Origin: an uncultured virus (IMG/VR IMGVR_UViG_3300011871_000003)
Taxonomy: Duplodnaviria; Heunggongvirae; Uroviricota; Caudoviricetes
Direction: 5' to 3' (one strand)
Virus record (IMG/VR): IMGVR_UViG_3300011871_000003
Length of the DNA: 64,000 nucleotides
Below the pieces are notes generated by a model. That model was not told the DNA's origin. It was given only the letters and a program-made list of their open reading frames with translations, and made no database searches. Position numbers and translations under genes: made by a program. Positions within the stretch are counted from its first letter, which is position 1, and each line of letters opens with the position of its first letter. Below are positions 1 to 9,203 of this stretch, piece by piece.

Positions 1-108
1 TAGAGATTAGAGAAAAAAAGTTAAATAAAAATCTCTAAATAAAAAGCTTTCTTACGAGAAGGTTTTTTGCTATAATGACAACATTAAATAAAAGAGAGGT
101 TTTTAAAA

Positions 109-513
109 ATGAGTCTACTGACGATTCAACAAGTTCATCAGAACAATCTCGTAGCTAAAGAGTTTCTCAAGCATATTATAAAAGAAAACAAAAGTTATGT
201 TGAAGATAAAGCATTCAAAAAACGACTTTTCAAAAACGCCTCTTTTTTTGGTAAAATCCGTCATATTTTATTTTCTATTTTAATGGTTTTTCTGGCATCA
301 GATCAAATTTCTAAAGAAATAATGATTAAAGATCAGTTTAAACATTTAGAAAAAGATTTGAAAAAATACTTTAAATATCATTACAGTGATGCTGGAACTA
401 GAAGTAAAATTATTTCGCCAGAAATAGCATTTAAGTTTTATAAATCAGGATTTTTCTCAGGTACAATACATACTATTTTCTTAAAAAAAGTACCATTCCC
501 CACACATTTATAA
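109..513 (+). CDS. hypothetical protein
   Basis: 134 aa ORF, AGAGG RBS, TATAAT-GACAAC promoter element at 71-82. Confidence 0.7.
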   Translation: MSLLTIQQVHQNNLVAKEFLKHIIKENKSYVEDKAFKKRLFKNASFFGKIRHILFSILMVFLASDQISKEIMIKDQFKHLEKDLKKYFKYHYSDAGTRSKIISPEIAFKFYKSGFFSGTIHTIFLKKVPFPTHL

Positions 514-556
514 TGTTTTACTTCACAATAAAGGCAATAAAACAAGAGGCTATAAA

Positions 557-949
557 ATGAAAAATGTTATTGAAGGTTTAAATCTGATGAAAAAACTTTA
601 TGCTCACAACATCGAAAAGCATAAGATTGATTTATCTGTTATTTTCCCAGAAGATCTTGCTAAAGAAGAAATTCGTAAAGCAAATGAAAAATCCGAAAAA
701 ACAGGAACTCTTTTTGAAAATCTAATCAAAAAAGTCAATGGTGAAGATATTTCTTTTTCTAAGCAAGATTCTATCACCTTTAAAAAAGTATTAGGATACT
801 GTAGTAATTATCTTTCTTCATTAGAAAAAATCGGTCTGGTTGGTCATGAAGAAAGCGATTATGAAAAATACTATAATAAAGAACTCAAAAACAAACAAGA
901 AATGGTTAACAACGTGTTCAAGGAACTACGTCAGAACAAAATTATCTAA
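557..949 (+). CDS. hypothetical protein
   Basis: 130 aa ORF, GAGG RBS. Confidence 0.7.
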   Translation: MKNVIEGLNLMKKLYAHNIEKHKIDLSVIFPEDLAKEEIRKANEKSEKTGTLFENLIKKVNGEDISFSKQDSITFKKVLGYCSNYLSSLEKIGLVGHEESDYEKYYNKELKNKQEMVNNVFKELRQNKII

Positions 950-955
950 AAAAGC

Positions 956-990
956 TTGTGCATAACTGAATAAATTGTTATAATGACAAC
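956..990 (+). promoter_or_regulatory. sigma70-type promoter of the recurrent TTGTGC-N17-TATAAT class
   Basis: TTGTGC 956-961, 17-bp spacer, TATAAT 979-984, then GACAAC. Confidence 0.75.
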
Positions 991-1015
991 CTAACTTAAT
1001 GAGAGAGCCGTTATT

Positions 1016-1411
1016 ATGAATACTATCGAAATCACAAGCATTAACGTTGAATCAAATGTTATTGAGCAGATTAAGCGTAGAAAAGATGATTATGTTTCAG
1101 GTATGTTGTGTCGTAATATCGGTTATAACCATGCTGGCTTTATGTCTTGGATGGCTGTTAAGGTTATGAATTTCTATAACACTAATAAAACAGGATCTTT
1201 TGAGGTAAGTCAAAACATTATGGCTTCAAGCGATGATGTTATTGAAATTAAAAAACATAATGATTCTTTTATTGCTAATATGAAAAAATCCGACGTTCCA
1301 GAAGAAGTTATTAATCATATGAAAGCTACTTTTGAGCGCGGTCTTAGCATCATTGAGTCACAATATAAAGAATGGAAAGAATCTCAAACAAAAAGTGGGA
1401 GTAAAGCATAA
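1016..1411 (+). CDS. hypothetical protein
   Basis: 131 aa ORF directly downstream of promoter. Confidence 0.7.
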   Translation: MNTIEITSINVESNVIEQIKRRKDDYVSGMLCRNIGYNHAGFMSWMAVKVMNFYNTNKTGSFEVSQNIMASSDDVIEIKKHNDSFIANMKKSDVPEEVINHMKATFERGLSIIESQYKEWKESQTKSGSKA

Positions 1412-1728
1412 TGGTTCAGAAATTAATTCATAACGAAAAACTTACTCATTTTTTTAAAAACTTTTTTACAACTGCTGTTCAATCTGCCTACGTTTCTCGC
1501 ACAGAAGATGCGGATAGTAGCAATGATGACGATTTAAGAGAAGAAAGCCAGAAAATTACTGATGTATTATCCCAAATTAATCTTAGCAGCAGTATTGGTG
1601 CTGTTGATTTCAAGTCTGTTATTGTTCTTGATGTTATGGGCGATCTGGTTGAGTTAACAATGGTTCCAGAAGCTACATCAATGATCTTTGCTAAAGTTGA
1701 TAAATCAGAGTGTGTATTTATCAAATAA
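1411..1728 (+). CDS. hypothetical protein
   Basis: 105 aa ORF, TAATG stop/start overlap with upstream gene. Confidence 0.7.
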   Translation: MVQKLIHNEKLTHFFKNFFTTAVQSAYVSRTEDADSSNDDDLREESQKITDVLSQINLSSSIGAVDFKSVIVLDVMGDLVELTMVPEATSMIFAKVDKSECVFIK

Positions 1729-1764
1729 AAACAAAATAGCATCAAAAAATTGGTGCTAACTAAT

Positions 1765-1839
1765 GTCCTGTTAGTTAAATGGATATAACGACTTCCTCCT
1801 AAGAAGTAGTTGCTGGTTCGATTCCTGCACGGGACGCCA
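1765..1839 (+). tRNA. tRNA-Arg (anticodon CCT)
   Basis: acceptor GTCCTGT/ACGGGAC, anticodon arm ACTTC-CTCCTAA-GAAGT, T loop TTCGATT, encoded CCA. Confidence 0.93.
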
Positions 1840-1843
1840 AAAA

Positions 1844-2083
1844 TTAGTAAATAGATATCTCAATATCTGTTTTAGGAACAGCGCAACAAAGTAAAAACTC
1901 TTCTTTAGCTTTAAATCCAATTTCGTCTTTAATAAATAAAACCTCACCAGAAATTAATTTGCTATGGCAAGTTCCACAAAATCCATCGAGACAATGAAAA
2001 TTAACAATAATACCTTTGTCTAAAAGATAATGTAAAATTGATGTGTGCTTAAAGTCTTCTTTTTTAATCTGTATATTACTCAT
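1844..2083 (-). CDS. 2Fe-2S ferredoxin, YfaE-like
   Basis: C-x4-C-x2-C (CLDGFCGTC) plus distal LLCC..PKTDIEI, 79 aa, resembles E. coli YfaE. Confidence 0.85.
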   Translation of the reverse strand: MSNIQIKKEDFKHTSILHYLLDKGIIVNFHCLDGFCGTCHSKLISGEVLFIKDEIGFKAKEEFLLCCAVPKTDIEISIY

Positions 2084-2308
2084 TTTGACCTCTCAAATAA
2101 ACATTCATTATACCACAAGTATAAATGTATTTTAAGTAATATATAGATGAGATATAAAATGATCTATAAAATTTATTTTTTGATCAAAAGATGTCAAAAA
2201 ACATTCAGAAACAATTTTTTGTTGGCTTAAAACTTTTATTATTTCCTTATTGTTGTAACTTTGTAACTTAACTGTTACTAAAATTAATAATAAGGAGCGC
2301 TAAATAAT

Positions 2309-2869
2309 ATGAGTAAGATTTCAGAAATAAAAAGAAGAAAGGGTTTTTCATTATTAGAGTTATTGCTTGTTTTAGGTATAATAGCTGCTTTAATTGTTGC
2401 CGCTTTTATAGTTTATCCCAAAGTAAGAACCTCTCAAATAGTGGATGCTGAATCTAAAAACATAGCTACAATAAGAGGAGGATTGTTATCATTGTATTCA
2501 GCAACAACGGATATAACAACCGTTAACAATACTGTAGGAATCAATGCACAAATATTTCCTGATAATATGTTAGTGAAGAGTGGAAGCTCTGTAGTAGATG
2601 TTGTTAATGGTTTTAAAGGTAAAGTAACTCTATCAGCAACTAACTATGCTTCATATGGAAAGGTTGTATTTAATATAGGTTATGCGAATGTCCCTCAAGA
2701 TGCTTGCGTAAAACTTGTTGCTGCAGTTGCTCCAAGTATGTCAATAATCAATATTGGCGGAAGCATAGTGAAAAGCGATATATCGAATATAGATTGGAAT
2801 ATAGCGAATGCTGCTACAGCATGTAATTCTTCTGGAGTAAGCTCAACGATTTCTTTCTCTTTTTATTAA
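2309..2869 (+). CDS. type IV prepilin, PilS-like
   Basis: class III signal RRKG|FSLLE, hydrophobic helix, NGFKG.V, YANVPQDAC, second C-terminal Cys. Confidence 0.88.
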   Translation: MSKISEIKRRKGFSLLELLLVLGIIAALIVAAFIVYPKVRTSQIVDAESKNIATIRGGLLSLYSATTDITTVNNTVGINAQIFPDNMLVKSGSSVVDVVNGFKGKVTLSATNYASYGKVVFNIGYANVPQDACVKLVAAVAPSMSIINIGGSIVKSDISNIDWNIANAATACNSSGVSSTISFSFY

Positions 2870-2944
2870 AAAAGAGTTGTTTATCATAAAAAATATTGTT
2901 ATTATCTTTATCTCGTTAACAAAGAAGATGTTATAGAATATTTT

Positions 2945-3020
2945 GGTTTCTTGGCTCAATTGGTAGAGCAGTAGCGGCAGGGTTCCGCTATGAGTGTAGG
3001 TTCAAGTCCTACAGAAACCA
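2945..3020 (+). tRNA. atypical tRNA-like gene (7-bp anticodon stem, loop CAGGGTT, nominal GGG/Pro)
   Basis: acceptor GGTTTCT/AGAAACC, D arm GCTC-AATTGGTA-GAGC and T arm GTAGG-TTCAAGT-CCTAC are canonical; anticodon arm is not; no encoded CCA. Confidence 0.75.
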
Positions 3021-3027
3021 CATGAAA

Positions 3028-3148
3028 CTTATTAGGTCGCGCCCGATGACTAAGAGTGGGCGTAAAAGGTAATAGCACGTTTGGAGAAAAACCAGACTTT
3101 CCTATTATCGTTTAAGAGGTGGGCCGATACAACACCTGACCTAGTAAG
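3028..3148 (+). ncRNA. candidate structured RNA (four-way junction) between tRNA genes
   Basis: closing stem CTTATTAGGTC/GACCTAGTAAG enclosing three hairpins; GC-rich relative to background. Confidence 0.6.
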
Positions 3149-3154
3149 CCTAAT

Positions 3155-3230
3155 GCATTTGTAGCTCAGTTGGTAGAGCACTGGATTGAAGATCCGGGTG
3201 TCGTAGGTTCAAATCCTACCGAATGCACCA
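3155..3230 (+). tRNA. tRNA-Phe (anticodon GAA)
   Basis: acceptor GCATTTG/CGAATGC, anticodon arm CTGGA-TTGAAGA-TCCGG, T loop TTCAAAT, encoded CCA, 76 nt. Confidence 0.95.
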
Positions 3231-3235
3231 TTTAT

Positions 3236-4189
3236 TTAATAGTTAAAACTAAGTTTGGGTTCTTGATGAAAAAGCTTCTCATAATTACCAGACCTATGAC
3301 CTCTCATAAATGGAGCCATTTTAGCTTTAGTAAACGTTTCATCATATTCTCTATCTTTTATGCCATGTGAAAATAACAATCTTTCATTATCATCCCAATA
3401 CGTATATTCTAGAGCACTTTTACCTTCGTTATCAATCTGATGAATATTTATACCTGCTGCTATAAGTAATTTAGCTTTTTCTAAATCAGCACCAGCACCA
3501 AATAAAGCATTTTGTCCACGTTCATCTACCTGATTAACATTTATACCTTTTTCAATGAGAGTATTCATTAATTCTAGACTTCCATCTTTATCATTGCTGT
3601 CTAAATAAAAAAGCATATTTCTTCCATGCTTATCTACTTGATGAATATTTATACCATGTTTAACCAGAAATAAGCCTTTTTTATAATCTAATGTAAATAG
3701 GGCATTTCTTTGAGTTTTAGAATTAACTCTATGAATATCTATTCCGTATTTTACATAAAGTTCAGCTATTTTTTCATCATCATCAAAAGTAAAGTGATGT
3801 TTATCTAAAATATTTTTTCTATTCTTATTACTTTGATTAACATTTATACCTTTTTCTAATAAATAAGAAGTATTATGAATACTGTGGGTATGATGAAATA
3901 AAGCATTTTCACCATTCATATCAAGTGAGTTGATATTGGCATCATTCTCAATAAAAAGTTTAATTTTTTCAAGTTCATCGGTTTTCATAAAAGGAGTAAA
4001 ACCACTTTTGGTTTTTACATTAAAATCCAGTGCGGCTGGTTTCTTTAATCCAAATAATGTTCTCTTTTTCATCCTTTTAACAATTTCTTCCGCTGTAGCA
4101 TCAAACATGAAAATCTGATCTTCTCTAAGTCCTTCAAATTCCCTGCTACGATTATCCATGATTTGTAATATATCTGTAAGATTAAACAT
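3236..4189 (-). CDS. ankyrin repeat protein
   Basis: repeated L..GININQ.D..G.NALF units (about 6). Confidence 0.85.
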   Translation of the reverse strand: MFNLTDILQIMDNRSREFEGLREDQIFMFDATAEEIVKRMKKRTLFGLKKPAALDFNVKTKSGFTPFMKTDELEKIKLFIENDANINSLDMNGENALFHHTHSIHNTSYLLEKGINVNQSNKNRKNILDKHHFTFDDDEKIAELYVKYGIDIHRVNSKTQRNALFTLDYKKGLFLVKHGINIHQVDKHGRNMLFYLDSNDKDGSLELMNTLIEKGINVNQVDERGQNALFGAGADLEKAKLLIAAGINIHQIDNEGKSALEYTYWDDNERLLFSHGIKDREYDETFTKAKMAPFMRGHRSGNYEKLFHQEPKLSFNY

Positions 4190-4314
4190 AAAATCCCTCC
4201 GGTTTTGTTTTTAATATATACATACAAAAGTCGTTAGGCAAATTTTAAATATTTTTGTTGATTATAAAAAGCTATAAAGATAAAATATCTATAATCTTAA
4301 AATAGGAGATTCAT

Positions 4315-4503
4315 ATGATTGATTTATGGGGAGAGTGTGAAGCAGTTTCGTCCTGCAACATAAAATCTAAAAAACAAGATAAAAATGAAAATATAGATCT
4401 AGATTTGGTAAGTAGTCCCCAATATTCTATGTCAGGAAAAGGATTTGATAGTAATACAACTCAAATTTTAATTGATGAATGGATAGATATAGATAATTAT
4501 TAA
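4315..4503 (+). CDS. small hypothetical protein
   Basis: 62 aa ORF with AGGAG RBS. Confidence 0.55.
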   Translation: MIDLWGECEAVSSCNIKSKKQDKNENIDLDLVSSPQYSMSGKGFDSNTTQILIDEWIDIDNY

Positions 4504-4519
4504 ATTAATAAAAGAGCGG

Positions 4520-4888
4520 TTAGGCCGCTCTTTTATTCTTAAATATATTCCTAATCTTTGAAATAAAAGCTTTGATTTTTCGTTTTCTTTCAGCTTTTGC
4601 TGCTTCATAAGCTTTTCTTCGCTGCTCTTGTTTAATGCGTTCTTCCCTTTCGTTTTCTTCATAGGCATCATTCCATGAATCTGCTACAGATTCTGCTTGA
4701 GACCAAGAGCTATAACATCTTACTCTACTTGAACCATGCCTATCTACATATGAGTCATAGATATTTAAATTATTGTCAACATATTCCCCGTCAACAAACA
4801 TCGGACTGTCATTAATAGACATAGGTTTATTGCCATAGGCAACAATTTTTAAGCCTCTAAAACTTACTGCTCTATAAGGTCTAGACAT
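4520..4888 (-). CDS. hypothetical protein with C-terminal coiled coil
   Basis: start re-assigned to MSRPY (AAGGA RBS); charged helical C-terminus. Confidence 0.6.
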   Translation of the reverse strand: MSRPYRAVSFRGLKIVAYGNKPMSINDSPMFVDGEYVDNNLNIYDSYVDRHGSSRVRCYSSWSQAESVADSWNDAYEENEREERIKQEQRRKAYEAAKAERKRKIKAFISKIRNIFKNKRAA

Positions 4889-5024
4889 ATGTTTCCTTAT
4901 GAAATGAAAGATATCTACATTATAGATAAAATTAGTAATGAAAATCAACATAATATATGAATAAAAAAAGGTTTTCATTAAAAGGTCTTTATGGTATATT
5001 TAACTAAATTTTAAAGGAGAAAGT

Positions 5025-6911
5025 ATGACTTATTCAGAACGTTTAAATGATATTGCAATTGTAAAACTAGATACTACAGGTTTTTCTGATATGGATTTGA
5101 AAAAGAAAAAGCTGGTATATCATCTATCAGAAGCAGGTATGTGGGGTAAGGTTATTTCTCTTCACCAAGCGTCAGATTATAATATTCGTCTACTTGATAA
5201 TCTGATTTTTCTATTTGAAGAAGTTAATCATGAAGAAAAAGTATGGGAACAGTTGCGAGATACTCTTTTCACATTTTTTGCTCATGGTGGTGTTTACCAT
5301 ACAACAACAGGTGAGCGTCTTGATTTTCCAATTCAGTTGGAAGAACTTAGGAAAATCAAAGATACAATTGAAACTTTTACTGCTGCTAAAGCTGTAGAAG
5401 AAATTCTATTTAGCAAAGATCTAATGCCTCACTATAGAACAGTTCAAAAAGATGGTGTCGATGTTGTTAAAGAATCTGGTGCTAACTTTTATGTAGGTCT
5501 AACAACTGATGAAGTGAAGCAGTTCCGTGAGGAGGTCTATCCAAAAGTAGAGGGTGATGAAATTCCTCCTTATGGATTTAATGAAAGACTCGTAAAAAAT
5601 AGTGATGGTTCAATTGATCGTCAAGTAATTAGTTCTGTTGGTCTTTATGCTCATTATGTTGGAAAAATTATTAAAGAGCTTGAAAAAGCACTTTTCTATA
5701 GTGAGAATGAACAACAAAAAGAATCAATTGAAACACTAATTCAATTTTATAAAACGGGTGATGCTGCTGATTTTGATAAACATTGTGTAGCATGGACAAA
5801 AGATAAAGAAAGTTCTATTTATTTTGTAAATGGCTTGATTGAGTCCTATAAAGATCCTTTAGGTATTGCTTGTAATTTTGAAAGCATAGTTGCATTTAAA
5901 GATCCATCACAAACGGCAAAAGTTGAAAAGATTATTGAAAATATTCAATGGTTTGAAAATAACTTGCCATTTGATAGTAAATTTAAAAAAGATAAAGCTG
6001 TTGGTTTATCGGCAAGTTCTATTAATGTTATTTCAATGGCAGGTGATCCATCTCCTGTATTACCTCTTGGCATTAATTTACCAAACAGTGATTGGATTCG
6101 CAAAAAACATGGATCTAAATCAGTTACGTTAGCTAATGTTGATTCTTCAAGGAATACTTATGATGTTCCATTAATGAAGGCGCTTTATCTTGATAAGTAT
6201 CAAGCTTTAATTAAGCGTTATGGTAATGAAACAGGTGTTCTTCATACAGATCTACATGAAATTGCGGGTCATGGGTCGGGCAAGGTGTTAGATGGTGTTA
6301 ATACCGATGTTCTTTCAACCTATTATTCTGTAATTGAAGAATGTCGAGCAGATCTAGTAGCACTTTATTATATTCCTGATGAGAAATTGAAAGAAATCGG
6401 TGTGTTTGCTCAAGATGTGGATGTAAAAGATGCAGCTCTAGCTAAATATATCGCATATTTTACAAATGGTGCTATTGGTCAGCTAAGAAGAATCAAGTTA
6501 GGGAATGATCTAACGCAAGCGCATTTTAGGAATCGTCAAATTATTTCAACATGGCTGTTAGATCATGCTGAAAAAGATAAAATGGCAATGGTTACAAAAG
6601 ATGGTCGCTTTTATATTGAAGTTAACGATCTTGAATATGTAAGAACACTTGTTGGAGTTCTTTTATCTGAGATTCAGCGTATTAAATCAGAAGGCGATTT
6701 TGAAGCGGCTAAAAAGCTTGTAGAAGCATATGGAACTAAAGTTAACCCATTAGTGCATAAAGAAGTATTAGAGCGTGTAAGCAGCTTGGGATTAGCTAAT
6801 GTTATGGGATTCATGACACCTATTTTGGTAGATAAAGGAAATGATGTGGAAATCATGTATCAAGATGATTTTTTAAGTCAGCATATAGAGTTGTATAAAA
6901 AATATAAATAA
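5025..6911 (+). CDS. dipeptidyl peptidase III (peptidase M49)
   Basis: HEIAGHGSG hexapeptide zinc motif, EECRAD motif, GINLPN, QAH; 628 aa. Confidence 0.9.
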   Translation: MTYSERLNDIAIVKLDTTGFSDMDLKKKKLVYHLSEAGMWGKVISLHQASDYNIRLLDNLIFLFEEVNHEEKVWEQLRDTLFTFFAHGGVYHTTTGERLDFPIQLEELRKIKDTIETFTAAKAVEEILFSKDLMPHYRTVQKDGVDVVKESGANFYVGLTTDEVKQFREEVYPKVEGDEIPPYGFNERLVKNSDGSIDRQVISSVGLYAHYVGKIIKELEKALFYSENEQQKESIETLIQFYKTGDAADFDKHCVAWTKDKESSIYFVNGLIESYKDPLGIACNFESIVAFKDPSQTAKVEKIIENIQWFENNLPFDSKFKKDKAVGLSASSINVISMAGDPSPVLPLGINLPNSDWIRKKHGSKSVTLANVDSSRNTYDVPLMKALYLDKYQALIKRYGNETGVLHTDLHEIAGHGSGKVLDGVNTDVLSTYYSVIEECRADLVALYYIPDEKLKEIGVFAQDVDVKDAALAKYIAYFTNGAIGQLRRIKLGNDLTQAHFRNRQIISTWLLDHAEKDKMAMVTKDGRFYIEVNDLEYVRTLVGVLLSEIQRIKSEGDFEAAKKLVEAYGTKVNPLVHKEVLERVSSLGLANVMGFMTPILVDKGNDVEIMYQDDFLSQHIELYKKYK

Positions 6912-6914
6912 TAG

Positions 6915-6936
6915 AAGCCTCTTCGGAGGCTTTTTT
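6915..6936 (+). terminator. intrinsic terminator
   Basis: AAGCCTC-TTCG-GAGGCTT followed by T tract. Confidence 0.85.
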
Positions 6937-7053
6937 ATTGTAACTGATGGCATAAAATTATATAATCAATAAAAAATTGCTTTAAGGTAAAAATATAAGC
7001 AATAAATTTTGATAAAATGAGAAAAATCATTGGAATAAATCAGAGGGGTATAT

Positions 7054-7230
7054 ATGTTTTATGATGCTACCGGAGATTATCGTGCTCCATACACACCAGA
7101 AGAAAGAAAAATCCATAATAAATATATGGAAGAATCAGTTAAGGCAAAATCTTATGGTGAAGAACATTGGGCAAAACATCGTAGAGATGAAGCATTGAAA
7201 AAGCTTCCATCTTACCAACGCTCTAAATAA
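7054..7230 (+). CDS. small hypothetical protein (58 aa), paralog of 7294-7434
   Basis: not in ORF track; GAGGGG RBS; MFYDATGDYRAP...KSYGEEHWAKHRRDEALKKL. Confidence 0.7.
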   Translation: MFYDATGDYRAPYTPEERKIHNKYMEESVKAKSYGEEHWAKHRRDEALKKLPSYQRSK

Positions 7231-7293
7231 AATATTGTAAAAAATATATAAATATTAATACCATAAATTAAACAATTTAATGAGGAAATAAAT

Positions 7294-7434
7294 ATGTCAG
7301 AAAATAAAACAGTTTTAACAAAAAAAGAAATCCTTGATCAATATGATGAAGATGTGAAATCTTCAAAAAGCTATGGAGATCAAATTCGCGCCCAAGTTCG
7401 TCGTGATAATGCTTTAGCAAAATTAACAAAATAA
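7294..7434 (+). CDS. small hypothetical protein (46 aa), paralog of 7054-7230
   Basis: not in ORF track; GAGGA RBS; MSENK...KSYGDQIRAQVRRDNALAKL. Confidence 0.7.
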   Translation: MSENKTVLTKKEILDQYDEDVKSSKSYGDQIRAQVRRDNALAKLTK

Positions 7435-7511
7435 TATATAACAATAAGTTGTGCATTATATCTATTCCTGCTATACTGATCTTATAAAATTTGCATAGTG
7501 AGGTAATCAAA

Positions 7512-7763
7512 ATGACAGTTGCGGAATTGATTGAATGGTTGAAGACACAGCCTCAAGAAGCTGTTGTTACTTGTATTAGCCATACTAGTGGATCAGGGCA
7601 TTACGATCAAGGTGGTAATATTGAGGTTGTCGATATGATGGTCAAACCATCGAAAGAAGGTGCTTACGATGAAACATTTGAAGTGGTAAGTTATACTTCT
7701 GATTATTTCAAAGATAAACCTTACTATGGTCGTGTAGAATTGTTTATCGGAAGAAGAGAATAA
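7512..7763 (+). CDS. phage-type hypothetical protein (MTVAELIEWLK N-terminus)
   Basis: ATG after GAGGT RBS; TTGTGC-N17-TATACT promoter at 7449-7477. Confidence 0.7.
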   Translation: MTVAELIEWLKTQPQEAVVTCISHTSGSGHYDQGGNIEVVDMMVKPSKEGAYDETFEVVSYTSDYFKDKPYYGRVELFIGRRE

Positions 7764-7816
7764 TAAAAATATAGAGCTACTTACGGGTAGCTTTTTTAAT
7801 AATAAGGATAACAAAA

Positions 7817-8053
7817 ATGAGTATAAAGTTACGCGCAAACAAAAAAGAATTACTTGAACAAATTGAAAGTTTTATTCGTTCAAACGAAGATTATTATGAA
7901 CAATTTGGTTATGATGCTGGTGAAGCTCATCCCGGAATGAATGGACAGTTTTATGAAGAAGTTAAAAATGGTAAAGAGCTTAATCTAAACGATAAACGAG
8001 TTCAATATCTTTTAACATTCCATTCTGAAAGAGTTTCAATCATCATCGAATAA
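7817..8053 (+). CDS. hypothetical protein
   Basis: 78 aa ORF, AAGGA RBS. Confidence 0.65.
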   Translation: MSIKLRANKKELLEQIESFIRSNEDYYEQFGYDAGEAHPGMNGQFYEEVKNGKELNLNDKRVQYLLTFHSERVSIIIE

Positions 8054-8112
8054 ACTTGTGCATAACAAAACATCATAGTATAATAGCTTCATAAACCTTT
8101 TGGAGACATAAA

Positions 8113-8307
8113 ATGAAGCTTTTCTTATTGTCAGTGATGTACCTAGCCATCTTCATGTATAATACGGACTTGCCTTTTGTTCGCCCAACCGAAAATGTTA
8201 TTCCTCATATGCTATCTTTTTTATTAGCGATGCTAAGTTTTATTTATGCAGCATTTTTTATTGTTGTTTCAGCTTTTTGCCCTTCAATAAAAGAGCATAA
8301 AGTTTAA
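8113..8307 (+). CDS. small membrane protein
   Basis: two hydrophobic segments; promoter TTGTGC 8056-N17-TATAAT; GGAG RBS. Confidence 0.65.
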   Translation: MKLFLLSVMYLAIFMYNTDLPFVRPTENVIPHMLSFLLAMLSFIYAAFFIVVSAFCPSIKEHKV

Positions 8308-8367
8308 CTTGATTTAGATAAAGCTTTCTTTTATAATGACAACAATAAATAAATATAGGTGATAAAA

Positions 8368-8706
8368 ATGGAAAAATTAATTCGTCCTTCTGCTGTTGTT
8401 GTTGGTCAGCCTCATGCTGCTGTTTTTGGTCGTCTTGAGTATTGCGATAAGTTAACCAATATCCAGTTTCAAGGCTTAACAGAAGAACAAAAAACCGAGA
8501 TTTTTGTTGCCCTTAAAATTCATGATTGTTCTGGAGCTAAACCGTTCATTCAGGGTAATTCTAATGATTGGTTGATGGTAGAGTTTACCTCCTCTAATGA
8601 AGTTGATGTTGCTCATGCCTGTACTGTTCTGGCTAAAGCTGTTGGTTTAACAGAAGATAAAGTTCCCGGACTTAATCATCCTGATTTTCCTTGTGTATTT
8701 GGTTAA
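8368..8706 (+). CDS. hypothetical protein
   Basis: ATG after AGGTG RBS; TATAAT-GACAAC upstream. Confidence 0.65.
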   Translation: MEKLIRPSAVVVGQPHAAVFGRLEYCDKLTNIQFQGLTEEQKTEIFVALKIHDCSGAKPFIQGNSNDWLMVEFTSSNEVDVAHACTVLAKAVGLTEDKVPGLNHPDFPCVFG

Positions 8707-8747
8707 GAGCTTTGTATTTATAATTTTTATTAGAAATTGGAGAATCC

Positions 8748-9143
8748 ATGAATATTAATAAAGATATTAAATTTTGGTCAGTAGAAGAAACTGACTACAA
8801 AGTAGGTGATAAGGTTTATCTTATTTATCCAATAACAATAAAAAGCCCTTCGGCAGAAATAGATATTATTACATTTCCAGTAGGGCATGAGTTTAAAATT
8901 AAGGAAATTTCGGATTTTGAACTGTCTCTTAATTTTCTTCTTGAAGATGAAAAAGGGAATTATATTAAATTTGGCAATTATTCATTTTTCAGACCTGTTG
9001 GCCTAAAAATAACAAGTGGTGAAGAAGTTGTCGCTAATAATAGTATATTTTTATGGCTATGGTCGAAATATAAAGCATATAAAATAAATTCTAATAACAA
9101 AAAGCTAATTTTAGATTCTATCATTTTAGCACACCGTTATTAA
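8748..9143 (+). CDS. hypothetical protein
   Basis: 131 aa ORF, GGAG RBS. Confidence 0.65.
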   Translation: MNINKDIKFWSVEETDYKVGDKVYLIYPITIKSPSAEIDIITFPVGHEFKIKEISDFELSLNFLLEDEKGNYIKFGNYSFFRPVGLKITSGEEVVANNSIFLWLWSKYKAYKINSNNKKLILDSIILAHRY

Positions 9144-9189
9144 AACAATTAAAAGAGGAGAAATCCTCTTTTTTTATTCATATAAAATA

Positions 9190-9203
9190 TTGATCGAAAT
9201 CAA
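9190..9203. promoter_or_regulatory. FNR-box consensus
   Basis: TTGAT-CGAA-ATCAA, intergenic, upstream of radical SAM gene. Confidence 0.5.

Noticed and set aside
3040..3095. Hammerhead ribozyme or 5S rRNA identity for the inter-tRNA RNA
   Set aside because: CCGATGA is not the CTGATGA core and GAAA is not positioned correctly; the four-way topology does not fit 5S.
3170..3370. 66-aa + strand ORF
   Set aside because: Starts inside tRNA-Phe and overlaps the ankyrin gene antisense.
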